Shown: positions 19,423 through 30,272, numbered from the stretch's first letter. The stretch: 64,000 bases of DNA from an uncultured candidatus Porisulfidus sp. (GCA_965215125.1 OZ244052.1:1472001-1536000); one strand, 5' to 3'. Notes: a model not told the origin generated them from the letters alone. Numbers and translations are program-made.

Positions 19423-19540
19423 AGCACATGCATTTACAACCGACAATAACAGGCTCGAAGAACCTTAATACATAGTACAAAATGTAAAACCTTTCCATGG
19501 GGTGGTCGCCGAAGCGTCTGCACAAATACAGTATCGGTAC

Positions 19541-19676
19541 ATTCCCCTCCTGTAGAGGGGTGGCCTATGCATTTTGCAATGCATGCGTTTAGCAGTCATG
19601 TTGAGGTTCTGAACAAAGTCACGCCGATTGACCTGCTGGTTCAATCGGCGGTTCTATTCAGCCTGATGGGGTGGTC
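19541..19676 (+). repeat. Module A interrupted by 94-bp module B (19565-19658)
   Basis: Near-identical to 30137..30272. B carries TGCATT-TTGC-AATGCA and CGCCGATTGA...TCAATCGGCG hairpins. Confidence 0.9.
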
Positions 19677-19701
19677 GCAAAAGTGCCTGCACTTTCCATG
19701 A

Positions 19702-21372
19702 CTATTGGCCACCAATCCATGCTTTGCCTATTCCTCTAGGATCGGAAGCTGCGTCCAGCTTGTTTTGCCGGTAATCCCAAATCACAACCTGCATATTGCC
19801 GTAAGTGCCGTCGTAGGGTTTCAGACGATGACCCAAAGAGGTCAAGGCGCGTTGTGTATCAATGGAGAAAGTGCCGTTCTCAAAGCTCACTTCGTCGGGT
19901 AAATACTGGTGATGGTAGCGGTGAGCGGATACGATTTCAGAAGCACTGTCATTTTCTAAAAAATTCATAATAGCAAACATCACCATCGTGATAATACGGC
20001 TACCGCCGGGTGTGCCTATAATTGCAAGCCTTTTGCCATCGTCTACGAAGGTCGGCGACATGCTCGACAGCATGCGTTTGCCGGGAGCTATTTTATTCGC
20101 TTCGGAACCCACCAAGCCGTATAGATTGGGCACCCCCGGTTTTGCAACGAAATCGTCCATTTCGTCGTTCAACAAGATACCCGTGTTCGGCACTACGAAT
20201 CCCGAACCGAAAGCGTAATTAATAGAGAGCGTTGCGGCAACGCGATTGCCGTCGGCGTCTATGATCGAATAGTGCGTTGTGTTATCGGACTCTAAAACAC
20301 CCTGATCGGTATTTGATAACTTCGCGCTAGGTGTTGCTTTTGACGCCGAAATAGTCTGGGCCAGTTCGCGCGCATAAGAAGCACTTAACAAGCGGTCAAC
20401 CGGCACATCGACGAAGTCCGTATCACCTAGATAAAGAGCACGGTCGTAGTAAGCGCGTCGCATTGCTTCTACGGAGTAGTGGATCTTTGTTACCGGATCG
20501 GCTTCTCGGTTATCCAACTGTGCTAGCGTATTGAAAATGATGCCCAGCACGATGCCGCCCGAAGAGGGTAGTGCCGCACTGATGATTTTCGCACCGCGAT
20601 AATTGAATCGTATAGGTTTTCTCTCTACGATTTGATATTGTGCGAGGTCTGCTTTACTCCATATCCCGCCGCCGTCGCGCACGCCTTTGATTAATTTGTC
20701 CGCCATAGTCCCTGAGTAGAAACCGGCAGCCCCTTTTTGCACTAAGCGTTCCAAAGTTTCTGCAAGATCGTTTTGTATAATTCGGTGTCCTAAATCCGGG
20801 ACTTGATTATCTTTCAAGAAAATGTCCGCAGCCGCCGCCGATGCTTGCAAGGCATCCAGCCTTAGCTTTGCCATTTTTTGATATATTTCGTCAACCGCAA
20901 ATCCGTCTCGTGCGACTTTAATCGCCGCTGCCAACGATTGTGAAAGTTTAAGACGACCGTAATGCTCCGAGATATAAACGAGTCCTGCGGGCTCTCCCGG
21001 GATGCCTGCCGCCAAAGGTCCGTTGATAGATACGTTTTCAATTAATTGTCCCTGTTCGTCTAAGTAGAGTTTTGCGTGCGCTGCCAGCGGTGCTTTTTCT
21101 CGGGCATCTATCATCAGTGCTTTGCCGTCGCTTTGTTGTAGTAGCCAAAAACCACCACCGCCTAAGCCCGAAGAATAAGGTTCTACAACCGCCAACATTG
21201 CGGCAACCGCCACTGCGGCATCGTAAGCATTGCCGCCTTGTTCTAGTATTTCCTGTGCCGTAGCGGTCGCTAAGGGATGCGCGGTAGCAACCGCAGCGGC
21301 ACCCGGCCGTACATCCGCCGATGTCGTTGTAGATACGACACAAATAATAACCAAAGCAATAAATCTAAACAT
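19702..21372 (-). CDS. ggt: Gamma-glutamyltransferase
   Basis: Motifs GGNAYDAAVA, SGLGGGGF, TTHYS (autocleavage Thr), LNDEMDDF, LSSMSPT and GTPGGSRI. Confidence 0.96.
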   Translation of the reverse strand: MFRFIALVIICVVSTTTSADVRPGAAAVATAHPLATATAQEILEQGGNAYDAAVAVAAMLAVVEPYSSGLGGGGFWLLQQSDGKALMIDAREKAPLAAHAKLYLDEQGQLIENVSINGPLAAGIPGEPAGLVYISEHYGRLKLSQSLAAAIKVARDGFAVDEIYQKMAKLRLDALQASAAAADIFLKDNQVPDLGHRIIQNDLAETLERLVQKGAAGFYSGTMADKLIKGVRDGGGIWSKADLAQYQIVERKPIRFNYRGAKIISAALPSSGGIVLGIIFNTLAQLDNREADPVTKIHYSVEAMRRAYYDRALYLGDTDFVDVPVDRLLSASYARELAQTISASKATPSAKLSNTDQGVLESDNTTHYSIIDADGNRVAATLSINYAFGSGFVVPNTGILLNDEMDDFVAKPGVPNLYGLVGSEANKIAPGKRMLSSMSPTFVDDGKRLAIIGTPGGSRIITMVMFAIMNFLENDSASEIVSAHRYHHQYLPDEVSFENGTFSIDTQRALTSLGHRLKPYDGTYGNMQVVIWDYRQNKLDAASDPRGIGKAWIGGQ

Positions 21373-21393
21373 AGACTATTTCTTTATCATATC

Positions 21394-22115
<722 letters not shown>

Positions 22116-22131
22116 AATTTACCCACTCTTG

Positions 22132-22410
22132 CTAGGAAAAAGTGCCGATTCCCATAGTAGTCAGGTAGATGAGAAGCAACACCGACAATGTGATGTTGGC
22201 AAACATAACCGAACCGGGCTTGGGTTTTTTAATAAAACCCCAACCGACTATCAAGCCGAGTACACACAAACCTAAAGATGCCCAATAGATGTTCTGCACG
22301 CAGTCCGTTTGGCAAGTGCGCGTCTCAAAGTTGCCGGATAACAACTGCATGACTAACACGACGGCAAGCGACCAAGCGGCAACTGCGGATAATAAAGAAA
22401 GTAGTTTCAC
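22132..22410 (-). CDS. Hypothetical small membrane protein (3 TM, CxxxC loop)
   Basis: GTG start after an AGGAG RBS, three hydrophobic segments and a CQTDC loop. Confidence 0.6.
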   Translation of the reverse strand: MKLLSLLSAVAAWSLAVVLVMQLLSGNFETRTCQTDCVQNIYWASLGLCVLGLIVGWGFIKKPKPGSVMFANITLSVLLLIYLTTMGIGTFS

Positions 22411-22499
22411 CTTGTTAGACTCCTGTTGAGAAATAGACGATTAGTTTATAAATGTATATGTTAGCATTTTTTTCGTCATACTATCACCTGCGTTCTAGG

Positions 22500-23642
22500 C
22501 TATTTCCGTTGAACAACGACTATTCTGTTCGTCAAAGTCCCCGATTTATTGTTGCTAATTCCCCAGCAATTAGAAGTTTTAGTGAATTCTTGTTGATTGA
22601 TGAGCACCTCTACGAGTTCAAAAGGCAGGTCTGTTAGTGATTTCAATACTTCCTCATCCAATAGCACTTTCCCGTTGCGCACCTCTCCCACTTCAAAAGC
22701 GACATGACCGCCGGGCATCACGACGCGTGCAAACTCGATGAAGACTCGGCGCACGAACCTTTGCCACTTTTCTACGGTGCTATGGCAATCTATGCGCACT
22801 TTATCGGGGTCTATATCGGCAAACCAACACCGCAACCAGTTATCCTTCGCATAATCCACTATGTCTAGGAACGGCGGCGATGTCACCACTAGTTTGACCT
22901 CGCCGGTTTTGATATAGTCCAACGCGTCGGCACGGCAACACCTTAATTTATGTTTATCGCCCACCGGCGGATATCCGAATCTTAATGCCGGTGGATACCC
23001 GGACCTTAATAAGGTTCTGCTTTTTTTCATCACGATAGCGATTAAATCTTTAGGCTCCGGTATGCGGTTATATTGCTTGTTTATCTGTGCCTGTTTCGCT
23101 ACGGAGACCGCTTGATTAGGTGGCATGGTTTTTACCGATAAAAATCCCGATGAATGTCCGCTGAGCCTATTCAATATAACCATCCGTATCCAGTGATCTG
23201 CACTCGTCATGGTGTTGTTCGCCTCTTTTTCTGCAAACCAATTCCGTATAGCTGTTAAGTGGCTCAGGGTCTGCGGATGAAAGAAAGTTAGCAACTCTCG
23301 GTATTCGTCGGGTATGTCTGCGCTCTGTGGCATCGCTCTGAGTGTTTTTTCCACATCGCATAAATCGGGAGGATCTAATCTGGGTGCGACAAGAATGGTA
23401 GACAACGGATTGATATCGCTACCGTAAGCGATGCGTTCTGTTAAAGATGCTTGCAATGCGGTGGTACCTCTGCCCATAAAAGGATCGAGGACGATATTGC
23501 CGACCGATGTATATTTATCTATAAAGTAAGACGGTAACTGCGGCTTAAAACAAGCCCTATAACTAATTTCATGAAGGCTGTGCCCTTGTCGTTGTCTTGC
23601 CGTCCAGAAACTTCCGACTTTGTAATTGCAACGGGTCTGCAC
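22500..23642 (-). CDS. Site-specific DNA methyltransferase (N4C/N6A, alpha-type motif order)
   Basis: Motif I LDPFMGRGTT precedes motif IV VTSPPF; HEISYRACFKPQLP near the N-terminus. Confidence 0.88.
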   Translation of the reverse strand: MQTRCNYKVGSFWTARQRQGHSLHEISYRACFKPQLPSYFIDKYTSVGNIVLDPFMGRGTTALQASLTERIAYGSDINPLSTILVAPRLDPPDLCDVEKTLRAMPQSADIPDEYRELLTFFHPQTLSHLTAIRNWFAEKEANNTMTSADHWIRMVILNRLSGHSSGFLSVKTMPPNQAVSVAKQAQINKQYNRIPEPKDLIAIVMKKSRTLLRSGYPPALRFGYPPVGDKHKLRCCRADALDYIKTGEVKLVVTSPPFLDIVDYAKDNWLRCWFADIDPDKVRIDCHSTVEKWQRFVRRVFIEFARVVMPGGHVAFEVGEVRNGKVLLDEEVLKSLTDLPFELVEVLINQQEFTKTSNCWGISNNKSGTLTNRIVVVQRK

Positions 23643-23648
23643 TAGTTC

Positions 23649-23695
23649 ATTCCCCTCCTGTGGAGGGGTGGCAGGCTTCGCCTGACGGGGTGGTT
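23649..23695 (+). repeat. Intact 47-bp module A
   Basis: ATTCCCCTCCTGTGGAGGGGTGGCAGGCTTCGCCTGACGGGGTGGTT, containing two hairpins. Confidence 0.9.
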
Positions 23696-23757
23696 CAGAA
23701 CTGCCCCTACATTTCGTGGTTTACTCCGCAGCCTTACAAACATTATGTTTTGCCTCA

Positions 23758-24249
23758 TCAGACCACAAAAATCACAACCGTACTGACAATAGAACTTACC
23801 GAAACAACGATGCCGACGGCTAACGCGATACCCCATTTATAGATGTCATCCCTGAATTTAGAGTGTTCTGCTTTCATAATTGCTATGTCGGCTTTTATAT
23901 TCACAATGTCGGTTTTCATAATCGCCATATCGGTTTTCATATCTGCGATGTCGGCTTCAACCTTGTTTAGTCTTAATTTTATATTTTCTATATCGGTTTT
24001 CATAATCGCCATCTCAGCTTTCATAACCGTCATCTCGGCTTTCATATCTGCAATCACCGCCTTTATGTCAACAATTTCGTTTTCAACATTGCTTAGCCTC
24101 GAGTCTATACCCTCCATGTATAAACCTGCTTTGTCCGATTGTGGAACATGTGTTTCCGATTCTAGAAAGTTCAGCTTTGCCTTCATTTCAAGTACCATTT
24201 TATAAATAGTTTCAATCGTTAAGTTATCTGCATTTTCTATACTTGCCAT
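23758..24249 (-). CDS. Coiled-coil heptad-repeat protein with C-terminal TM helix (DUF1640/Bdr-like)
   Basis: Heptads MKAEMAI, MKTDIEN and MKTDMAI; KWGIALAVGIVV tail like 3850..4113. Confidence 0.78.
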   Translation of the reverse strand: MASIENADNLTIETIYKMVLEMKAKLNFLESETHVPQSDKAGLYMEGIDSRLSNVENEIVDIKAVIADMKAEMTVMKAEMAIMKTDIENIKLRLNKVEADIADMKTDMAIMKTDIVNIKADIAIMKAEHSKFRDDIYKWGIALAVGIVVSVSSIVSTVVIFVV

Positions 24250-24393
24250 TTTTAACCTCTTAAGTTGAATTATAAGAAAGAGCCTGCGTTATAGCAAGCC
24301 GTCTAATCATGATTGGATTATAGGAAGTGCTTACAGTGCTGTTTTGCATTTCCGACGAACGGCACTATAAATATGGATGACCTGCAATTATAA

Positions 24394-24440
24394 AACCACC
24401 CCGTCAGGCGAAGCCTGCTACCCCTCCGAGGGAGGGGAAT
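24394..24440 (-). repeat. Intact module A, reverse orientation
   Basis: AACCACCCCGTCAGGCGAAGCCTGCTACCCCTCCGAGGGAGGGGAAT is the near reverse complement of 23649-23695. Confidence 0.9.
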
Positions 24441-24517
24441 GTAATGGCACTGTACTTGTGCATAAATGTGGTAGAATTATTTATCTTGCATCTAAGGTTA
24501 TTGCAAGAGGAGCGATT

Positions 24518-25366
24518 ATGAGTAGTTTCGTAATATCATCGTCGGGATTGGGTTTGCCGACAGCGAGCATTAATCATGTTTTGGCTCGTGTTATTGCGTG
24601 GATTTTAGTGCCGGTATGCACTTTTTTATTATCGGATATTTTTTGGAAAATCTATTATCCCGATACGATTTCTCTGGAGCAGAGCGGCGATATCGGCAAG
24701 CAGTTGGCGGTTCGCGGTCAAGGCGGTAATGCGTCAACATCGTGGGAGTGGTTTAAGCTACGCGAACCACCGAAGCCTAAGCCGGTTCAGGTTGCTCGCA
24801 TTCAAGCCACGCTAGTCGGTATTGTGGGGATAGGTGAGAATGGTGCGGCAATGATTAATGTGGAAAACAAAGGCCCTAAACTCTACAAAGTCGGTGACGA
24901 GATTAAAGAAGGTATATTTCTATCTCGTTTGGGACGCGATCATGTTATTTTGTTAAGAGGAGAGACCGAGGAGAAATTAGCATTCAAGAAAATGGATAAT
25001 TTGTTCACCAAGCCGGAGCCGGGTTCGGAAGCGCAAGCATCGGCAGAAGGCGCACGCACGGATAACGTCATCTCGGTAATCAAAGAGAATCCGCTTAAAC
25101 TAGGGGAGATGGTTAAATTTCAGAAAGTTGATACCGGACGCTACGGTGAAGGTATCAAGGTTGAACCGGGAAAGATTTCCGAGTACGATTTACTGGCTAA
25201 GTTCAACTTGAATCCGGGTGATATAGTATTGGGGGTTGCTAGAAAGCGGATTTCCGATATTATGAATGATCCTGCATCTTTTAGAAAGATATTGGACGAA
25301 AAAGAGATTAGAATTCAGTATATGAGAGCAGGAAAACTGGAGAGTACCGTTGTTAAAATGGATTAA
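24518..25366 (+). CDS. gspC: Type II secretion protein GspC (HR + PDZ)
   Basis: ATG at 24518 after GAGGAG. TM helix, L.GIV...G.A.I HR domain and a C-terminal PDZ-like domain; precedes the secretin. Confidence 0.82.
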   Translation: MSSFVISSSGLGLPTASINHVLARVIAWILVPVCTFLLSDIFWKIYYPDTISLEQSGDIGKQLAVRGQGGNASTSWEWFKLREPPKPKPVQVARIQATLVGIVGIGENGAAMINVENKGPKLYKVGDEIKEGIFLSRLGRDHVILLRGETEEKLAFKKMDNLFTKPEPGSEAQASAEGARTDNVISVIKENPLKLGEMVKFQKVDTGRYGEGIKVEPGKISEYDLLAKFNLNPGDIVLGVARKRISDIMNDPASFRKILDEKEIRIQYMRAGKLESTVVKMD

Positions 25367-27470
25367 GAAATTGCCTATGTGTCAATGTCAAACCGTTTGC
25401 CTTGCTAGAGCAGGCGGTGCTTCATTCCTTAAAAAGCTATTCGCTATTATGTTGGGACTGATGTTGATAGCCCCGTCTTTATCAACGGCGGCGACAATCA
25501 ACTTCAGGGATGTTGAGATTAGGCAGTTCATTGAAAGCATGTCCGAATTAACCGGGCGTAATTTTTTGATGGATTCTAGAGTCAGAGGCAAAACAACGAT
25601 TATAGCCAACTCCGAAGTGCCGGACGATGCGCTTTACGATATTATGTTGACGGTATTGGCGATGCAAGGTTTCAGAGCGGTGGATGTGGCAAACGGTTTG
25701 ACGAGCATCGTGCCCGCCAATCTCGCACCGCGCTACTCACCGCTGGATGTAGAGAGCTCCCTGCAAACCGAAATTATCCCCGTCAGGCATTTAGATGTGG
25801 GTGCCGTTATTCCGATTATTCGACCGTTGATGACCGGTGAGGCGCAAGTTGTTCCTTTCAAACGTCTGAATTCATTGATCGTCACCGAACTCAAGACCAA
25901 CATAGAGCGTATTAAAGAAATCATCAAGGCGGTTGACAGAAAGTCCCTAGACGACTATGAGATTATCGAACTCAAACATTTGAAAGCCGACGACATAGCC
26001 AGAATCATAGAAAAAGCGCGTAACCCCGCCATCAAACAGTTGGCTAAAATCGTCACCGACCAAAAAAATGACCGTATTATCCTGACCGGTGAACCACAGG
26101 ACCGCTTGCCGTTGCGCGCCTTAATTGCCGAGTTGGATACGCGCCCGACGACTTCGGATCAACGCGGTGTGGTGCGTGTGATACCGTTGAACTATGCCAA
26201 TGCCGATGATATGAAAAGCATACTCAAAGGCTTATTGACCAAGCAATTTCTGGAATTAGCCAGCGAAGGCGACATTATGGATGATAGGCAAACACCGAAA
26301 GCGGCAGAAAAAACGGACGACAAAAAAGACGACGACAAAAAGGAAGACGATAAAAAGGACGAGAAAAGAAGCGAGACCTTAAGTGGTAGCGGTTATACCG
26401 TGCAATCCGACCCCGACACCAATGTGTTGATCGTTAGCGGGGCGGCTAATTTGGTGCAGGCGATTACCGATGTGGTTGAACGACTGGATGTGCCACGCCC
26501 ACAGGTGCTGATAGAAGCCATTATCGCCGAGCTATCCTTAAATCGTTCGGCAAATGTAAGTACTCGATTGAGCGGTGTCAAAGATAGTGCCGACTTACCG
26601 GGAGGAGGAGCTAGTCCAAGAAACAGAAATCCGGTAACTAGCTTGCGCGGTTTGTTTGCCGCTTTCAACCTTACTACGGATAACCCGTCTTTTAGTGTTT
26701 TTGCAGGCGGTCGGTCGGGTGATCTCAACTTAGGCTTATTTATACAAGCACTCAACACGGATCGAAATACGAATATTCTTGCCACCCCGTCGGTGATGAC
26801 ATTAAACAACGAGAAAGCGACAATCAAAGTGGGTGAAGAAAGAAGCATTGACGCAGGTGCCGTAAGCGCAGAAGGTACTGTCAGACAAAACATAGAACGC
26901 TTGGATGTAGATACCGAACTGGAAGTGACACCGCAGATTACCAAAGGCGATGCGGTGAGTCTTAAAATAAAACAGAAAGTAAAGCGAGTTGCTAGTGGGG
27001 GAAACACTGCTCGTCCGGTTACCTCCGATAGAGAAATCCAAACCCATGTTGTCGTGGACGACGGTAAAATCGTGGTTTTGGGTGGTTTAGTTGAAGAACG
27101 GCGTGAGGATGCTAAAAATCGAGTTCCGTTATTAAGCAACATACCGGTTTTGGGTAATCTATTCAAAGGACGCGATAGTAATAACGACAAAACTAATCTG
27201 ATGGTTTTCATTCGTCCGACTATTTTCCGGACTACCGAAAGTGCCCACCAAGAAGCCTCCAATCGCTATGTGCAACTACGCCTGGAGCAATTGAAACATC
27301 TAAAAAGAACCGATACGCTATTGGATGACGACACTGAAACGATGCTATTGCCTCGGCTTGAATTAGACCGCAAAACGCCAACCGCTACAAAACGCCCCCC
27401 ATCATCGCCTACGCCTAGGTCTAGTCCTAGCCCGAGTTCCCGTTCTCGCACTTCCGACGGGCGCACTTAA
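25350..27470 (+). CDS. gspD: Type II secretion secretin GspD
   Basis: Motifs INFRDVEIRQFI, LD..RPQVLIEAIIAE, NILATPS.MTLNNE.A, VPLLS.IP.LG.LF and NLMVFIRPTI. Confidence 0.95.
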   Translation: MLKWIKKLPMCQCQTVCLARAGGASFLKKLFAIMLGLMLIAPSLSTAATINFRDVEIRQFIESMSELTGRNFLMDSRVRGKTTIIANSEVPDDALYDIMLTVLAMQGFRAVDVANGLTSIVPANLAPRYSPLDVESSLQTEIIPVRHLDVGAVIPIIRPLMTGEAQVVPFKRLNSLIVTELKTNIERIKEIIKAVDRKSLDDYEIIELKHLKADDIARIIEKARNPAIKQLAKIVTDQKNDRIILTGEPQDRLPLRALIAELDTRPTTSDQRGVVRVIPLNYANADDMKSILKGLLTKQFLELASEGDIMDDRQTPKAAEKTDDKKDDDKKEDDKKDEKRSETLSGSGYTVQSDPDTNVLIVSGAANLVQAITDVVERLDVPRPQVLIEAIIAELSLNRSANVSTRLSGVKDSADLPGGGASPRNRNPVTSLRGLFAAFNLTTDNPSFSVFAGGRSGDLNLGLFIQALNTDRNTNILATPSVMTLNNEKATIKVGEERSIDAGAVSAEGTVRQNIERLDVDTELEVTPQITKGDAVSLKIKQKVKRVASGGNTARPVTSDREIQTHVVVDDGKIVVLGGLVEERREDAKNRVPLLSNIPVLGNLFKGRDSNNDKTNLMVFIRPTIFRTTESAHQEASNRYVQLRLEQLKHLKRTDTLLDDDTETMLLPRLELDRKTPTATKRPPSSPTPRSSPSPSSRSRTSDGRT

Positions 27471-27496
27471 GCCATCGCGACAGCATCTTATATATA

Positions 27497-29344
27497 ATGT
27501 ACGAACGCTATTTCAATCTCAGCGAAAATCCATTCACGATTGCGCCGAACCCGCGTTATTTCTATCTGAGCGAGCAGCATCGCGAAGCACTCGCCCATCT
27601 GCAATACGGCTTGAACGAAAACGGCGGTTTCATATTACTCACCGGCGAGGTCGGCACCGGCAAGACGACTGCGTGGCGTTGTTTGGTTGAGAACCTGCCG
27701 ACCGATGTGGATCTTGCCATCGTGCTGAACCCGCGCATCAACGAAACCGAATTGTTAGAGACGATATGCGACGAATTGGGCATCGTCTACGAGCAGAACA
27801 GCGGTATTAAGCAACTGACCGATGTATTAAACCGACATTTATTAGAAACCTATGCCCGTCGTCGTCGGACCATAGTCATCGTTGAAGAGGCACAAAACCT
27901 CAACACCGAAGTGCTTGAACAGCTACGCCTGCTGACCAACTTAGAGACCAACGAGAGCAAGCTACTACAAATTATTTTAATAGGACAACCCGAATTGCTG
28001 GAAAAACTAGCAGCCCCTCAACTGCGCCAATTACGTCAACGTATCATTGCCCACTTTCACCTGAAACCTTTTAACCTGAAAGATGTGCGTGCTTATGTTC
28101 ATCATCGCTTGTCGGTGGTGGGTGCGCCGTCGCGTCTATTCTCCGATTCCGCAGTGCGCAAGTTGGCTAAATATAGTCAGGGTATTCCCCGTCTTATCAA
28201 CCTGATATGCGACCGTGCATTGCTCGGATGTTTTTCCGAAGAGCGTGGTTATGTCGATATCCGCATTGTCTCTCGCGCTGCGCAAGAGGTATTCGGCACA
28301 CACCGGTTTTCAAAAAGGCAAAGCGCATTGTCCACTGCCATGCCGAATTCTAAGCAAACCAATAATCGCAGTTACTACACTCGTCCCGTTGTTTGGTTTG
28401 CGGCAGCAACAGCAACGCTAGTGGCAGTTGCCGTTGCGATTAATTTGGCACCACCTTATTTGCCGATTCTGTTTAACAACAACGACCTGTCCGGTAATAT
28501 GGTCAAACACACGTTGAATGTGTCAGAGACAAGCGATGCCGAAATTGCCGATAGCCATGCAGGAGTGGATTATCTATCCACTCTGACGCAAGAAGATACG
28601 AGCGATGCCACAGATGCCGACAACCGTGTAGGGATGGATTACTTATCTGCCCTGACACACCAAAACACGAGCGATGCCGATGCAACACCGCTAGAGATTG
28701 AACCCGCCGCCTTGCTTTGGCAAAACCGTCTAGCCGCAGCGTCGCGCAAACAAGACCCGCACCGCACATTGTTTAGCCTTTGGGGCATTGAATTGCCGGA
28801 AGTGCTGGAGCAATCGCCCTGTGATTATGCTTTGAACCACCAACTGGATTGTTGGCATCGTCGTGGTGGCATCAGCAGTATCAAACGCGTAAACCGTCCT
28901 GCGTTGCTCAAAATGATCTCAACCGAGGGACAACTTTTTTATGCCGTGCTGAAAATCATAGACAAGTCTAATCGTCTGCACCTCGTTGCGGCAGATCAAA
29001 CCATTGACATCACCGAAGACAAACTGGAAGACGTGTGGACGGGTGAATACACTTTGCTATGGAAGCGACCCGAAAACTACCGAGATACGATTTATCCCGG
29101 CGATACCGATCAAACGGTGGGTTGGTTGAGCGAACAGCTGGCGAGCCTGACAGATTACGGCCCGCCTATAAAAGAATCTTTGTCTTACGACTACGATATG
29201 GAGAACCGCATCAGGCTATTACAAAAACGCTGTGGGATCTTTGTCGACGGCTTGGTCGGGAAGGAAACATTGATAAAAATTAACACCCTAATTGGGAAGC
29301 CACCCAAATTACAACAAGGCGAAGGCTGTTCGGGGGTTAGCTAA
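27497..29344 (+). CDS. gspA: T2SS ATPase ExeA/GspA with C-terminal peptidoglycan-binding domain
   Basis: Motifs PF.IAPNP, GEVGTGKTT, EAQNL, GQPEL, G.PRLIN..CDRALL and C-terminal DGLVG.ET. Confidence 0.92.
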   Translation: MYERYFNLSENPFTIAPNPRYFYLSEQHREALAHLQYGLNENGGFILLTGEVGTGKTTAWRCLVENLPTDVDLAIVLNPRINETELLETICDELGIVYEQNSGIKQLTDVLNRHLLETYARRRRTIVIVEEAQNLNTEVLEQLRLLTNLETNESKLLQIILIGQPELLEKLAAPQLRQLRQRIIAHFHLKPFNLKDVRAYVHHRLSVVGAPSRLFSDSAVRKLAKYSQGIPRLINLICDRALLGCFSEERGYVDIRIVSRAAQEVFGTHRFSKRQSALSTAMPNSKQTNNRSYYTRPVVWFAAATATLVAVAVAINLAPPYLPILFNNNDLSGNMVKHTLNVSETSDAEIADSHAGVDYLSTLTQEDTSDATDADNRVGMDYLSALTHQNTSDADATPLEIEPAALLWQNRLAAASRKQDPHRTLFSLWGIELPEVLEQSPCDYALNHQLDCWHRRGGISSIKRVNRPALLKMISTEGQLFYAVLKIIDKSNRLHLVAADQTIDITEDKLEDVWTGEYTLLWKRPENYRDTIYPGDTDQTVGWLSEQLASLTDYGPPIKESLSYDYDMENRIRLLQKRCGIFVDGLVGKETLIKINTLIGKPPKLQQGEGCSGVS

Positions 29345-30124
29345 ATGTCGTTCATTTTATCGGCACTCAAAAAAGTGGAAAACAAGCGCAATTTAGGTTC
29401 GGTGCCGGAAATTTCGTCTATACAAGTGCAGAGTTTTGAAAATTTGGACAACCGCCGACATCGTTTCGGCACCGTGTTATCAATCGTCGGCATCGTTTCG
29501 GTGGCAATTTTTGCGGCACTCTGGTTTTATAAACCACTAACCGAACACAGTACCGCCGACCAGAAGGTACAATCGATGGTGATTACGACCCCGGTGATTG
29601 ACGGCGCAATACCGCAACCGCCGGTGGCACAAACACCACCGCCACAAACAAATGTCGTTCCCACTGTTGTAGTGCCGCCCAACACCGTGCCTTCCGCTGT
29701 GCCTTATACTGTCCCCAATAACTACCCACCTGCTTACTACCCACCTGCTTACTACCCGCCCCAACCGCAAACCGTCAATAATAATGTTGCCGTCCAATCG
29801 CCGACCTATACACCATCGGCATCGCCTTACCTATATCAAAACCCCGTTGACGCACCCGAATGGGAACCCCTGCCGGTAGGCATCGTCAATTACGAAGATC
29901 TGCCTAGTGGGTTAAGGCAACGTATCCCCAATATCCAACTATCCGCACACATCCATTCGGATCTACGCCCGCAAGCACGCAAAGTCATTATTAATGGTGT
30001 CGCACTGCGCGAAGGGCAAAGACTTAGCGACGATCTCTCGGTGCACCAAATCAACTCCGACGGTGTCATAATGGATTACCAAGGCACTCTCTTTCTACTC
30101 GGCAAGGCCAACATATTCAATTAG
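29345..30124 (+). CDS. gspB: T2SS protein ExeB/GspB
   Basis: MSFILSALKK start, TM helix, Pro-rich linker and C-terminal SAHIHS...VIING..LREG. Confidence 0.9.
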   Translation: MSFILSALKKVENKRNLGSVPEISSIQVQSFENLDNRRHRFGTVLSIVGIVSVAIFAALWFYKPLTEHSTADQKVQSMVITTPVIDGAIPQPPVAQTPPPQTNVVPTVVVPPNTVPSAVPYTVPNNYPPAYYPPAYYPPQPQTVNNNVAVQSPTYTPSASPYLYQNPVDAPEWEPLPVGIVNYEDLPSGLRQRIPNIQLSAHIHSDLRPQARKVIINGVALREGQRLSDDLSVHQINSDGVIMDYQGTLFLLGKANIFN

Positions 30125-30136
30125 ACAAACTAGACA

Positions 30137-30272
30137 ATTCCCCTCCTGTGGCGGGGTGGCCTATGCATTTTGCAATGCATGCGTTTAGCAGTCATGTTGA
30201 GGTTCTGAACAAAGTCACGCCGATTGACCTACCAGTTCAATCGGCGGTTCTATTCAGCCTGTCGGGGTGGTT
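30137..30272 (+). repeat. Module A interrupted by 94-bp module B (30161-30254)
   Basis: Near-identical to 19541..19676. Confidence 0.9.

Noticed and set aside
24377-24517. N-terminal extension of GspC in the ORF track
   Set aside because: It translates through repeat A. The ATG at 24518 has a GAGGAG RBS.
26393-27262. 289-aa antisense ORF in gspD (and similar ones in sctE, ubiH, tpiA and the giant gene)
   Set aside because: These lie fully antisense to well-supported genes, have no motifs, and are expected from codon bias.
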